64,000 bases of DNA, taken from positions 12,233-76,232 of the forward strand of contig JAXGYO010000004.1 of NCBI GenBank assembly GCA_040772225.1, given 5' to 3'. The notes under the pieces are model-generated. The model was not told the origin of the DNA. It worked only from the letters and a program-made list of their open reading frames with translations, and did no database searches. Of this stretch, positions 29,060 through 39,540 are shown piece after piece (within the stretch, counting starts at the first letter, position 1; every line of letters starts with the position of its first letter). A program made the position numbers and the translations under genes. This stretch comes from Anaerolineae bacterium (GTDB lineage Bacteria; Chloroflexota; Anaerolineae; UBA1429).

Positions 29060-29536
29060 TCAGCCGAGCGTCTCCAGCGCGTCCAGGTCGGCGGCCAGCA
29101 TTGCCCTGGCATCGGCGTCCGGGATGCGCTCCAGCCAGCGGCGCGCCTCGGCCATCTGCTGGGCGTAACGCGCCTGATCTCCGCCAACCTGCGCAGCCTG
29201 TGCCAATGCCTCGTAAGCATAGCCCACGTAAAAGGGCCCCAGGCCATGGCTCCTCTGCAGGCAGCGTTCACCATAATGCGTCGCCAGCGATGCGTCCCCG
29301 GCGAGGGCATACGCCCGCGAAAGCTGCCAGTACATCACCGACTCGCTCTCCGCATTGCGGTCGGTGCGCTGCAGCCAGTGCCACGCGGCGGCATGCACTG
29401 CATGCAACATCCAGTCCGTCTCCTCGGGGGAACGCTCCGTCCGGTCGATCAGCTCCCAGGCGCAGCTGAAGCAGTCTGCAGAGTAATAGCGATGAACCGC
29501 CTCCGGATCAAACCCCAGATCCTCTTCCGATTCCAT
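29060..29536 (-). CDS. Conserved hypothetical helical protein
   Basis: HRYYSADCFSCAWELID...MLHAVHAAAWHW...WQLSRAYA...YAYEALA; purine-rich RBS. Confidence 0.65.
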   Translation of the reverse strand: MESEEDLGFDPEAVHRYYSADCFSCAWELIDRTERSPEETDWMLHAVHAAAWHWLQRTDRNAESESVMYWQLSRAYALAGDASLATHYGERCLQRSHGLGPFYVGYAYEALAQAAQVGGDQARYAQQMAEARRWLERIPDADARAMLAADLDALETLG

Positions 29537-29606
29537 CTCTGCCCTCTCCCTCTTGTACACGACCCCGCGCCGGAAGCCACGGGCATCAGCACCCTGACCG
29601 CGGGCG

Positions 29607-31064
29607 CTAAGCCTCCGCGAGCCCCACGAATTCACGTCCGGCGACCTCATCCCAGCCCACATTCGGGTGCAGCGACATGGTCATGGTGTCCCCCTCAAAG
29701 CGGTAGCGTGCCGTGGGATGGAAGGGCGTCTCGGGGTAGCACAGCGTAAAGGCAAAAGTGCGCTCGTCCTCCCAGGCGCCGCTGCAGGCCACAGGACGCT
29801 CCCGCTGCTCACGAATCGTGCGGCTGGGGTAGAAACCCATCCCGGTCATCGACTCGCGCCAGCCGCCATTCAACGCTACGGGCACTGCGTGTGTGCCCAG
29901 CGTATCCCGGGTGGTGTAGAGCGCCTCATCGGATCCAAACGACAGGGAGATGCTGCCAATGCCGGACTCGGCGTCGAAACGGTAGGTCCGCCCGGAAACC
30001 GCTGCGGCCATAGGACAGGACGGCTCTCCCGCAGGCGGCGCGATCCGCAGGCCGCCGAGTTGCTCCCGCAGGGCCGCCTGCACCACCGTCGACTCGGGCA
30101 GCGTCGCGTCGCCCATCGCGGGCAACAGAATCTCCCAGACGGCATCCAGGACCGCCTGCAGGTCGCGCACGCCGCTGGTGAGCGCCAGCACGGCGTCCTG
30201 CTCGGGCATGACGATGCAGTACTGCCCAAAAGCGCCATCGCCGCGGTAGGCGCCGTGGCGGCACATCCAGAACTGGTAGCCATAGCCCTGCTGCCAGTCG
30301 GGGCTCTCGCGCATCGAGTTGTCCGAGTGGAAGGTTGTTGCGGTTTTGACCCAGGCCTCGGGCAGCAGTTGCTCCTCGCCCCAGCGACCCTTTTGCAGGT
30401 AGAGCTGCCCAAACCGGGCGATATCCTCGGTGCGCAGATTCAGCCCCCATCCGCCGGTGTTGATCCCCGCCGGACAGACGTCCCAGCGCGGCGCAGCGAT
30501 GCCCAGCGGGTCAAAGAGCCGCGGCTGCAGATAGTCCACCACCCGCTGGCCGGTGACCTGCTGCACAATCGCGGAGAGCATGTAAGTGGCCCCGGTGTTG
30601 TAGCAGAACAGCGACCCGGGCGGGTTCGTGACCGGGCACTCGAGGAACGCGCGCCGCCAGTTGCCGTCCTCCCGCGAGAGCAGCGCCGGCAACGTATCTT
30701 CGCTGTGGCCCGTATTCATGCTCAGCAGGTGGCGGATACGCATCGTCTCCAGATACAGGCCCGGGGCAGCGGGGGCGAACTCGGTAAAGTAGGAGAGCAC
30801 GAAATCGTCCACCGTAAACAGCCCTTCCGCTACCGCCAGACCCACCGCCGTGGAAGTGAACGACTTGCTGAGCGAAAAGAGCATGTGCGGTCTGTCCGCG
30901 CGATAGGGCGCCCACCAGCCCTCGGCAGCCACCTGGCCGTGGCGCAGCAGCATCAGACTGTGCGCCCCGCCCTCTTTGCTCTGCAGCCTCTCCACCAGCG
31001 CGCTGATCGCGCCGGAGGGAATACCCACGGCCTCGGGAGTCGTACGGACGAGTTCCTGCAACAT
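29607..31064 (-). CDS. Serine hydrolase, beta-lactamase class C-like
   Basis: FSLSKSF (SxxK), FCYNTGATY, YGYQFW, YRGDGAFGQ; RBS GGAGG. Confidence 0.9.
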   Translation of the reverse strand: MLQELVRTTPEAVGIPSGAISALVERLQSKEGGAHSLMLLRHGQVAAEGWWAPYRADRPHMLFSLSKSFTSTAVGLAVAEGLFTVDDFVLSYFTEFAPAAPGLYLETMRIRHLLSMNTGHSEDTLPALLSREDGNWRRAFLECPVTNPPGSLFCYNTGATYMLSAIVQQVTGQRVVDYLQPRLFDPLGIAAPRWDVCPAGINTGGWGLNLRTEDIARFGQLYLQKGRWGEEQLLPEAWVKTATTFHSDNSMRESPDWQQGYGYQFWMCRHGAYRGDGAFGQYCIVMPEQDAVLALTSGVRDLQAVLDAVWEILLPAMGDATLPESTVVQAALREQLGGLRIAPPAGEPSCPMAAAVSGRTYRFDAESGIGSISLSFGSDEALYTTRDTLGTHAVPVALNGGWRESMTGMGFYPSRTIREQRERPVACSGAWEDERTFAFTLCYPETPFHPTARYRFEGDTMTMSLHPNVGWDEVAGREFVGLAEA

Positions 31065-31095
31065 ACGGCTACCTCCATAGATTAGGTCTGCATCG

Positions 31096-31124
31096 ATACT
31101 AACGCGCCGCGGCCAGCCGGTCAA
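31096..31124 (-). promoter_or_regulatory. Putative sigma70 promoter
   Basis: TTGACC-N17-TAGTAT about 30 nt upstream of the serine hydrolase ATG. Confidence 0.5.
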
Positions 31125-31235
31125 GAGGTGACAGGTGGCGCCCGGCGGTCGCAGCCCGCCACAGCACGCGTTGGCGCAGGGGCTTGCCCACGGCCCGGTT
31201 CGCCCTGTGACCCCCATGCTCTCGCGATACCCCCG

Positions 31236-31271
31236 CAACAGAAAAGGGCCGGCATGAACGCCAGCCCCTTA
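31236..31271 (-). terminator. Intrinsic terminator after the rhodanese-like gene
   Basis: Minus strand AAGGGGCTGGCGTTCATGCCGGCCCTTTTCTGTT. Confidence 0.6.
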
Positions 31272-31306
31272 CACTGCTTCACCACAGACCTGATGCGTGC
31301 CTTGTG

Positions 31307-31822
31307 CTACTCTCCGGCCGGCAGCAGCGGCAGACCAGCCGCCTCCCAGGCATCCATCCCGCCATCCAGGTCATAAATCCCCGAGTAGCCAAAGCTGACC
31401 AGCTTCTCGGCGCCTTTCTTGCTGAACTCGCCATCGGCACTATAGAGGACGATCATCGCCTCGCGGTCCGAAATCTCGCCCAGATGCTGCGGAATCTCTG
31501 CGTAGGGAATGAACAGGTCCGTACCCTCGATCTGGGCCTCAGGCTTGGGCTCGGCATTGATCACCGTGATGTCCTCAGCAACCAGCATCTGTTCCAGGTC
31601 CTCGGGAGAGATGAGCTGGTAGCTGCCCCCGGGCGCCTCGACAGGCTCGCCGTAGGTAGCTGCAGGACCCACCACCGGCGCTGCCGCCCCACCCTGGGTG
31701 GATCCAGTTGCGCCACCAGCATTGGTCGCCGGCTGGGCAGCCGGCTCGCTGCCCCCGCAGGCGGACAGCAAAAGCGAGACGATCAAAAGCATCAGGACGG
31801 ACCAGACGGATCGGCGCTGCAT
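31307..31822 (-). CDS. Rhodanese-like domain lipoprotein lacking the catalytic Cys
   Basis: Lipobox LSAC; IEGTDLFIPY, IVLYSADGEFS, GYSGIYDLDGGMDAWEAAGLPL. Confidence 0.75.
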   Translation of the reverse strand: MQRRSVWSVLMLLIVSLLLSACGGSEPAAQPATNAGGATGSTQGGAAAPVVGPAATYGEPVEAPGGSYQLISPEDLEQMLVAEDITVINAEPKPEAQIEGTDLFIPYAEIPQHLGEISDREAMIVLYSADGEFSKKGAEKLVSFGYSGIYDLDGGMDAWEAAGLPLLPAGE

Positions 31823-32256
31823 GCGGACCTCCTTGTGACGGAACGGGTGGCGGACACGCGGCCCTGGCGCGGCACTCTGCGGTAGACGACGGATACGACA
31901 ACACTCGTAATGGTGAACAGTATATGCAAAAGCACTCCGCTTTCCAAGACGCATCTTTATTCTCAGTCGCAGCCTTATGCACTGCATACCTGTTGGGCGC
32001 CCGGCACGTTTGCTAGAGTGCACCAAACGCCATCTAGACACGAGCCTGACCCCAAAACACCTCCCTGGCTTTGCCGATTGGCATCACCTGCGCCTGTTCA
32101 CGCGACACGGCGCCATCCGGGCCGGCGCCAGCGGAATACCTGGCGTGATCCCTCTGTACATCCAGCGCAAGGCCACCTGCAAGGGCACGATGCATTTGTC
32201 CGCCTGCGGGCGCGCCGCTATACTCGGCAGGCAAGCTCAGTCAGAGGGTTACCACG

Positions 32257-34596
32257 TTGGTTGCTCAAGGAGATGCAGCGATCTTGACATCCCAGGACAG
32301 CCTGTACAGGCCCCCCAGGTGGTGCCGGATCGCGCTCGTGCTCACGCTGTATGTCGCCCTCGGTGGAATATACCTCTTCACCACGCCCCTGTTTGAGACT
32401 CCCGACGAGTATACCCACTATGAGTATGTTCGTTTCGTCGCCGAGAATCGCAGCCTGCCCCCTCTCTTTGTCTCTACCCTAGAATGGGAGCAGGGCCAGC
32501 TGCACCAGCCCCCGCTGTACTATACCCTGTGCGCCCTTTTGGCGGGAGGTCTTGATTCACCACACTGGCAGGACGCCTATCCGCGCAACCCCTACGCCGC
32601 ACTGGGCCTGCCCGAGTCCCCGGGAAACAAGAACGCCGTGCTCCGCGCCGCCTCGCCCACCCTGGAGTCAGCACGGACAACAACCGCCGTACGCATGCTG
32701 CGCGCGTTCTCCCTTGTGTGTTCAGCGATCACCGTCTGGCTTGCTCACCAAACGGCGTTGACGGTTTTTCCAGGGCGCCCCTGCCTGGCCCTTGCGACCG
32801 CGGCCCTTGTGGCCTTCAACCCCCAGTTCCTCTTTATCAGTGCCAGCGTGAATAACGATGTGCTCGTCACCGCGCTCGCCTCAGCCGTGCTACTGCTGGC
32901 TGTCCGGGTTGCGCGCACCGGAGGGCACGCCTACGGCACGCCCCTCGCCATGGGCGCCCTGGCAGGGCTGGCGGCGCTCTCCAAGATCAGCGGATTGGCC
33001 AGCCTGGCCCTCGTCCCTTGCGCCTATCTACTGCATTATGTCGCAGACGGCACTCAGCGCCGCGAGCGCCTCTGGCCAGAGGCCATCCGGCCGACGCTAC
33101 TGGCATCTGGTACGGCCGCGCTGGTGGCAGGATGGTGGTTTCTCCGCAACGCCATTGTTTACAACGACGTCCTGGGCATGGCCCAATACACGCGCACCTT
33201 TGCGGTGCATACTGAGCCACTATCACTTGTCGAGTCCCTTATCGTCATGTACGAGGCAATCCCCTCCTACTGGGGCGTGTTTGGCTGGATGAATGTGCTC
33301 GCGCCGGCGCCCTACTATGAACTCGTGACTGCCCTGACCATCGTTGCCGCGTTAGGCCTGAGTCTGCGAGTGTCCAGGGCATGGCGCCGCAGACCGAGGC
33401 TGGATGATCCCGCCGTGCGCGCCGGCGCCGTTGCCGCAATCTGGGCCACGGTGATGCTGGGCCTGATCCTGCGCTGGACACAGACGATTGCGCGCACGCA
33501 AGGGCGGCTCCTCTTTCCCGCAGCCGGCGTCCTGGCCCTGGCCATGGCGCTGGGCATCACCGGCTGGCTCCCGCGGCGCGGCAGACAGCCGGCGCTGCTG
33601 GTGCTCTGTGCCCTGCTTCTCGTGGCAGCCGCCGCGATGCCGTGGCTGGTCATAGCGCCCGCCTACGCTGCCCCGCCGCGCGTTGCCATCGAAGCATTGC
33701 CCGCCGATCTGCCCCGCCTGAACATCCGGTTCGATGACGAGATCATGCTGCTGGGAGCGCAGATCCTCACCGAGGAGGCCCAGCCCGACGGGGATGTCTG
33801 GGTGCGTCTGTATTGGCTCACCGAAACGCCCCTCACGACGAGCTTTACCGTCGCGCTTCAGCTTGTGGGCGCCAGCGGCGAGCGCCTGGGAGGCGTCGAC
33901 ACGCTGCCCGCGATGGGCCGTTATCCGACCACCGCCTGGTCTCCGGGCGAGGTGCTGGTCGACGACTGTGCGCTCGCAGTCGCCCCGGATGCCGCCGGCC
34001 CCGTGGCCGCAGACATACGCGTCTCACTCTATGCCGGCAGCCACACGGACACCCTGGAAGCGCGCGATGCGATGGGGAACGCCCTCGGGGGCTCGGTCAG
34101 TATCGGCCGCATCCGGCTGCCTGGCGTCGTCGCCTGGGAGAATAGAGCCCCCGGGCGGGGCCATTCCGCCAGCTTTGGCGAGATGCTGCGCCTGCACGGC
34201 TACGACCTCACCGCCCTGGAGGCTGACAGCGGTACCGGCACACTGGCCTTGGCTCTGTACTGGGAGTGCCTGGCGCGGCCGAAGGCGTCCTACACGGTAT
34301 TTGTTCATCTTCTCGATGAGAACGGCGAACGGATCGCTCAGGGTGATGCGCCTCCGCTGGGCGGCGCTTTCGATACCCTGTTCTGGCGACCCGGCGACCG
34401 CGTCTATGATCGTTATGACATCAGGGTGCCGGAGGGCAGCCCAACCCAGGACCTCACCCTGAGGGTCGGGCTGTACGAGCCGCTGAGCGGCGCGCGCCTG
34501 CCCGTGACAGGCAGCCAACCGGCCAGAGATTATGTCGACATCGGCCCTTTTGCCATCACACCGGGAGGCGTAGCCTTCGATGCCGAAGCTCACTGA
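32257..34596 (+). CDS. GT-C / family 39-like glycosyltransferase with C-terminal domains
   Basis: PLFETPDEYTHYEY, HQPPLYY, FISASVNND, QGRLLFP, two LYW...TVF domains. Confidence 0.75.
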   Translation: MVAQGDAAILTSQDSLYRPPRWCRIALVLTLYVALGGIYLFTTPLFETPDEYTHYEYVRFVAENRSLPPLFVSTLEWEQGQLHQPPLYYTLCALLAGGLDSPHWQDAYPRNPYAALGLPESPGNKNAVLRAASPTLESARTTTAVRMLRAFSLVCSAITVWLAHQTALTVFPGRPCLALATAALVAFNPQFLFISASVNNDVLVTALASAVLLLAVRVARTGGHAYGTPLAMGALAGLAALSKISGLASLALVPCAYLLHYVADGTQRRERLWPEAIRPTLLASGTAALVAGWWFLRNAIVYNDVLGMAQYTRTFAVHTEPLSLVESLIVMYEAIPSYWGVFGWMNVLAPAPYYELVTALTIVAALGLSLRVSRAWRRRPRLDDPAVRAGAVAAIWATVMLGLILRWTQTIARTQGRLLFPAAGVLALAMALGITGWLPRRGRQPALLVLCALLLVAAAAMPWLVIAPAYAAPPRVAIEALPADLPRLNIRFDDEIMLLGAQILTEEAQPDGDVWVRLYWLTETPLTTSFTVALQLVGASGERLGGVDTLPAMGRYPTTAWSPGEVLVDDCALAVAPDAAGPVAADIRVSLYAGSHTDTLEARDAMGNALGGSVSIGRIRLPGVVAWENRAPGRGHSASFGEMLRLHGYDLTALEADSGTGTLALALYWECLARPKASYTVFVHLLDENGERIAQGDAPPLGGAFDTLFWRPGDRVYDRYDIRVPEGSPTQDLTLRVGLYEPLSGARLPVTGSQPARDYVDIGPFAITPGGVAFDAEAH

Positions 34597-37087
34597 GGCC
34601 CGAGCGCGATACATCCTCATCCTCCTGACGCTGCTGGCGGCCGGCCTCTTTCTCTTCCGCATCGATGCCAAGAGCATCTGGTGGGACGAGAGCCTGAGCC
34701 TCCTCCGAGCGCAGAACGATCTGAACTATATACTCAGCAACCGCCTGGACCTGGGCCCGACGCTCACCATAGACCAGCACCCTCCCCTTTACTTTTTGCT
34801 CCTCCACGCCGTCATCTCTGTCTGGGGAGAGAGCGACATTGCGCTCAGAGTTCCCAGTGCCCTGTTTGCGACCCTCACGGTGCCCCTGCTGTACCTGCTC
34901 GGCAAACGCATGGCAGGATACCGGGTGGGTCTCATCGCTGCGCTGTGGGGCACCCTGTCGCCCATGCTGCTCTGGTATGCGCAGGAAGTACGCATGTACA
35001 CCATGGTGACGGCACTGGGAGCCCTGGGCACCTACAGCTGCTGGCGCGCTGTCTCTGATCGCAAAATGCGCTGGCTGGTCGCCTTTGCCGCTACAGCCAT
35101 TCTCGGCACCAGCACACTGCACTTTTACTGGCTACTACTGGGGATGCAGTTGCTCTATGGTATGATGCTTTTATCTGGACACCGGGACACGCGCTCCCGG
35201 CTGACACGCCGCACCGCAATCCTTGCCGCAGGGACGGTGATCCTGATGGCCGTCCTGCTCCTCTGGCATGCGCCAGCCCCGATGCGCGCCCTGGTGAACG
35301 AGCCGCTGCCCAGCCGGCCCTTTATCCCGCTGGATGAGATGCTGCTGGATGCCCTGCGCTCCTTCTCGCTGGGCCTGACTGTCAACGACCGCGAGACGTT
35401 GCCCGCTCAGATGGTGTTTCTGATCGTCTATGTGATCGGTCTCATCGCGTACTGGCGCGCCGCACCCGCAGGCTCCGACGCCGAACTCTGGCGCCGGTCG
35501 CGCAAGGCAAACATGCTGATGCTCGTCGCGTTTCCCATCATACCGCTGCTCTTTTTCTATGCCGTCTCGTTCTTCAAGCCCCTGTACATGGGCAGCCGCT
35601 ACATCATACTTTTCAGCACGTCCTTCTATCTGGGGCTGGCACTCGGTATCGAAGCCCTCTGGCACAGGGCCAGGCCGGTCGCCCTCGCCGCCCTCGTGCT
35701 CTTGTCGGCGGCGATGATCTACTCGGACGTGCGCTACCACGTCCACCCTGACTATGCCACCAAAGAGGACCACCGCTCATCGGCACAGATCGTCATGGCC
35801 GGCGAGTTGCCCGGGGATGCGGTCGTCGTAACGGCGCCGGAGAACCTCACCGCCTTTGAGCACTATTACGAGGGGATGCTACCGGTCACGCCTCTCCCGG
35901 AACAACCGCTCAGCATGCCGCGCGCGGACCGAGTGGCCTCTTCCCTGCAACAACTGACGTCCGAGTACGACCGCCTGTGGCTCGTGCACTGCCGTCCCCA
36001 GTGGTCCGATCCGAATGACCTCGTGATGCAGTGGATAGACGCCAACCTGCTGCTCCTCGAACGCACCGTGCTGCCCTCGTATGGCTCCTATGCGACCGTC
36101 GCCCTGTACGCCACGCGTTCACCGATCGGCGCGGCGGAGGAGCAGGAACGAATCCTGGCCACCTGTTCGGAGAAGCTGGCATTGCTGGATTGGTCGGCCC
36201 AGTATCTGGATCAAAGCGGCCATGCGGTAACGATCGATCGCCAACAATTCCAGGCGGCAGCACCGGCGGCGACGCCGCCGGTTCCCGGGGGACATGCACT
36301 GGGTATCCGCCTGCGCTGGCAAGTGCTGGCGCCGCTGGATGCCTTCAAGGCCTCGTTGCGCCTTGTCGATGACGGGGGCCGGGTATGGGCGCACAACGAC
36401 GACCGCCTGATCTATGCGCTACCCTCGCAGGAGTGGCCTACCGGTGTTGCCGTGGAACATGATTTTTCGCTGACGCTTCCCCCCGGAACGCCTCCCGGCA
36501 CCTACGCCCTGACGCTGCTCCTTTATCGCGAGGACGACCTCGAACCTCTGGCCTGCCCGCCGTTGGCTGAGCGGGGCGAGCTCATCGCGCTGGGTCGGAT
36601 CACCGTCGGCGCCACGCCTGCCACGCGCACGCCCGCAGCGAACAGCCTGGCACCGGACGAGGCACAGCGCCCATGGCCCGTCGACGGCCTGGGCCCCTTC
36701 CGCGTAGCAGGCTACCATCTCGGTGTGAGCGCTCGGACCGCAGTGACACCGGGCGCGACGTTTCCGCTCTCCCTCTGGTTACTTGCCGCGCAGGAGGCCC
36801 ACGGCGACTATGAACTGGTCGTTCACTGGTCACAGGGCCGTGACGTAAAGGCGCGGCAGGTCATCCCTCTTGCCGGTGGCGAAAGGCAGCCCGCCGAACC
36901 GCTGCTCAGCCTCAGCACCCTCGGCGTTCCCGATAGCCTGCCCCCGGGCACCTATGACTTGCACCTGCTACTCTACGATCGGCGCGAGGCCATGTTCCTG
37001 CGCGCCCGCATGGGGGCCGTGCCGTGGCCCTCGCGCGCGCTCCCTCTGGGCCGTGTCACTGTGCAGGCGGCTGCGGGCGGGGGATAA
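34580..37087 (+). CDS. GT family 39 (PMT/ArnT-like) glycosyltransferase
   Basis: SIWWDE, HPPLYFLLL, ALRVPSA, WYAQEVRMY. Confidence 0.8.
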   Translation: MPKLTEARARYILILLTLLAAGLFLFRIDAKSIWWDESLSLLRAQNDLNYILSNRLDLGPTLTIDQHPPLYFLLLHAVISVWGESDIALRVPSALFATLTVPLLYLLGKRMAGYRVGLIAALWGTLSPMLLWYAQEVRMYTMVTALGALGTYSCWRAVSDRKMRWLVAFAATAILGTSTLHFYWLLLGMQLLYGMMLLSGHRDTRSRLTRRTAILAAGTVILMAVLLLWHAPAPMRALVNEPLPSRPFIPLDEMLLDALRSFSLGLTVNDRETLPAQMVFLIVYVIGLIAYWRAAPAGSDAELWRRSRKANMLMLVAFPIIPLLFFYAVSFFKPLYMGSRYIILFSTSFYLGLALGIEALWHRARPVALAALVLLSAAMIYSDVRYHVHPDYATKEDHRSSAQIVMAGELPGDAVVVTAPENLTAFEHYYEGMLPVTPLPEQPLSMPRADRVASSLQQLTSEYDRLWLVHCRPQWSDPNDLVMQWIDANLLLLERTVLPSYGSYATVALYATRSPIGAAEEQERILATCSEKLALLDWSAQYLDQSGHAVTIDRQQFQAAAPAATPPVPGGHALGIRLRWQVLAPLDAFKASLRLVDDGGRVWAHNDDRLIYALPSQEWPTGVAVEHDFSLTLPPGTPPGTYALTLLLYREDDLEPLACPPLAERGELIALGRITVGATPATRTPAANSLAPDEAQRPWPVDGLGPFRVAGYHLGVSARTAVTPGATFPLSLWLLAAQEAHGDYELVVHWSQGRDVKARQVIPLAGGERQPAEPLLSLSTLGVPDSLPPGTYDLHLLLYDRREAMFLRARMGAVPWPSRALPLGRVTVQAAAGGG

Positions 37088-37089
37088 CG

Positions 37090-37375
37090 CGCGCCGAGCG
37101 AGGCTACCAGTGGCTGGTAACCCAACGCCCGGAGGACGGCGCCTGGCCCACCGGCCGCGCCTCGGGCGACTATCGGCGTGTCGCCGGCTGCCGCACTCAC
37201 GCTGGGGCTGCCGCTCCAACACCACCGGCGCGCTGCTGTGCCTGGCTCTGCATCCCGTGCGCAGCCACAGCCCCGAGGCCTGCCGCGCGCTGGAGCACCT
37301 GCTGGGCCGCGAGACGCGAGAGGCCTACGCGGTGGGGTTCGAGATGGCGCGGCTGATCGGCGCCGAACCGACACG
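37090..37375 (+). pseudogene. Fragment resembling a prenyltransferase/squalene-cyclase repeat protein
   Basis: AERGYQWLVTQRPEDGAWP (QW-type repeat), frameshifting into HSRWGCRSNTTGALLCLALHP. Confidence 0.45.
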
Positions 37376-37399
37376 AGCGGCGGCGGTACCAGGCAGGTT

Positions 37400-37592
37400 A
37401 GGTCACGGGTCGAAGGTCGCAGGTCGAAGGTCCAATGTCCGGACACAGTCCTTTGCCATCCGCACCCGTGTGACGCTCATTGAGGCCGCTTGGCTTCCGC
37501 CACGGACCGCCGACATTCCTGTCGGCTTTGTTCTCTTGGGCGCACACGGTGGTGCGCCCCTACGACTGGACCGCGGGCTTACCGCCCGCCTC
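37400..37592. repeat. Heptamer run plus three REP types
   Basis: GGTCGAA-type heptamers, GGACCGCCGACATTCCTGTCGGC (37504), inverted GTAGGGGCGCACC..GTGCGCCC, GGACCGCGGGCTTACCGCCCGC (37568). Confidence 0.7.
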
Positions 37593-37686
37593 CGAATCCA
37601 CGCCGCACACGACGTTGGGCACCGTTTGAACTGCATACCTGAACCTGCGGTTCACCGCCGGCCTTGGGCTGGAGCAGCGTCCGGCC

Positions 37687-38502
37687 CTATTCCAGAGATT
37701 CTGCCACCCTCAAAAGCTCCTCGAACTGCAGACCGAGGTTGTGAGCCTCCAGCAGATAGGTCACCCCATCCTCCTCCCAGGTGAGATAGGCGTCGTCCGC
37801 CCGCTCGTCCCACAGGAGACTGCCCATACGGATGCTGGGATCGCCCGTACCATCGTCCTGCCAGCCGCCGTGCACATAGACCCCCGGCAGGCCCCTGACG
37901 CTCACCGCCTCCTCCGCCGCGCTGGCCAGCACCGGGGGAGCGCTGAGCAGCCCCTCGCTGGCATGCATCACGAGGATACCGTCGCCGGGGCCGGGAGCCG
38001 CCACCTGGCTGTAGTAGATCCCGAGCTTGGGGCCATACGCGTCGTCCGGCATCGAATTCTCGGTGATCGATACGCGCGTGTGAGCAAACTCCTCAGGCAA
38101 CCAGGTGGGGAGCCTGACGTCAAAGCCGATCCGGCCCCGTGCCTCCTCGACCGTCAGCGCAGGGGGCTCGCCAGCGACGCGTGTCACCTCGAGCTTTGCG
38201 CTCTGCACGCTGCCATCCTCCTCAACAGTCGTGTCGACGAGCGCGATGCCCATGCGCTGCAGGATGCCCTCCCCAAAGGCGCGCACGCCCGGCACCAGCG
38301 CCAGCGACCCCGCCAGGAGCAGCACGAGCGCTACAGCCGCGAGAGCACGCGTGGCGGACGCGGGCAGGCGCGCTCCCAGGATGGCTCGCGGCGGGCGCGT
38401 GGCCCGGTCCTGGATGCGAGGCCACAGATCGATGGTCGCTCGGGGCGCCTGTTCTTCCGCCACGCTCTGCAACAACCAGTGCGAACCGCTTCTTGTTCTC
38501 AT
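37687..38502 (-). CDS. Putative anti-sigma factor (single TM, DUF4367-like C-terminus)
   Basis: DLWPRI N-terminus, TM helix, LPTWLPEEF, LTWEEDGVTY...ELLRVAESL; follows an ECF gene. Confidence 0.65.
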   Translation of the reverse strand: MRTRSGSHWLLQSVAEEQAPRATIDLWPRIQDRATRPPRAILGARLPASATRALAAVALVLLLAGSLALVPGVRAFGEGILQRMGIALVDTTVEEDGSVQSAKLEVTRVAGEPPALTVEEARGRIGFDVRLPTWLPEEFAHTRVSITENSMPDDAYGPKLGIYYSQVAAPGPGDGILVMHASEGLLSAPPVLASAAEEAVSVRGLPGVYVHGGWQDDGTGDPSIRMGSLLWDERADDAYLTWEEDGVTYLLEAHNLGLQFEELLRVAESLE

Positions 38503-38517
38503 CAGCTTTTCCTTTCC

Positions 38518-39075
38518 CTACTTGAATCCGTCCAGCATCGTCCGCAAGCGCGCCCGGGCCTGGCTCAGATGCCAGCGCAGCGTCCCTGGTGCGCAGTTCA
38601 ATCTGCCGGCTGCTTCTTCCGTGCTCAGGTCCGAGTAGTAACGCGCGACGACCGCAGCCCGCTGGGAGGGCGAGAGCCTGGCGATAGCCTTTCGCATGGC
38701 CACCACCAACTCCTGCCGCTCCAGGGCATCCTCCGGCTCTCTCGGGTTTTGGGCCAGTTGCCGCAGGGTGCCCTCATAGTCCCCAACCTCATCGGGTTTC
38801 AGCGGCAGGTGGCGTCCCTGGCGAACGGCGGCCTTGATCGCATCATGGACGACGAGCCGCATGAACCAGGGCCGGAACGGGCGCGCTGCATCAAAGCCGC
38901 GGATGGCGGTGCGTAACCGCAGGTAGGCTGCCTGTACGACATCCTCCGCCATGTCCCGATCCCTCGTGACGAGGACTGCGGCCTGGACGGCCTCCACCTG
39001 GTGGAGTTCGACCAGCGCCTCCAGGCCTGCGATGTCACCTGCTTTCAGCCGGGCGATTGCCTCTGCCTCATCCAT
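38518..39075 (-). CDS. ECF RNA polymerase sigma factor
   Basis: AEDVVQAAY, FDAARPFRPWF, LSPSQRAAVVARYY, GTLRWHLSQAR; RBS GGGAGG. Confidence 0.9.
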   Translation of the reverse strand: MDEAEAIARLKAGDIAGLEALVELHQVEAVQAAVLVTRDRDMAEDVVQAAYLRLRTAIRGFDAARPFRPWFMRLVVHDAIKAAVRQGRHLPLKPDEVGDYEGTLRQLAQNPREPEDALERQELVVAMRKAIARLSPSQRAAVVARYYSDLSTEEAAGRLNCAPGTLRWHLSQARARLRTMLDGFK

Positions 39076-39289
39076 GCCTCCCCTTTCGTGCTGGCCGAGC
39101 GCTCTACTCATACTATCCCTGAGCGACAGCAAACGTTGGGGGCAAAACTGGCCCCGCCCGGTGTCCGCCGCGGCGCGCGGTCGCCCATAGTCCTTCGTCC
39201 ACGGTCCCTCATCTTCCCCCTTTACCTCCCCCGCCCCCCGTCGAAAGATAGCACGCACTGGAATCGCCCTTTTCCCCCCGGAGCCACCC

Positions 39290-39445
39290 ATGCCCATCGA
39301 GATCCGTGGGGCGCGCGAACACAACCTCAAGGACATCGACGTGACCATCCCTGATGGCCTCACGGTGATCACGGGCGTCAGCGGCTCGGGCAAAACGTCG
39401 CTGGCGTTCGATACGCTCTACCCCGAGGCGCGACTCGGAGTATGA
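39290..39445 (+). pseudogene. UvrA-family N-terminal remnant (51 aa)
   Basis: [40 protein letters not shown], then stop. Confidence 0.8.
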
Positions 39446-39540
39446 CCGCAGGCACCCGCTACGAGATGACCAATAGCACTGGCGCCCGTGAGCAGCTCCT
39501 GTCATGATACACAGAGTTCACTCACAGAAGGAGTCCGTAC

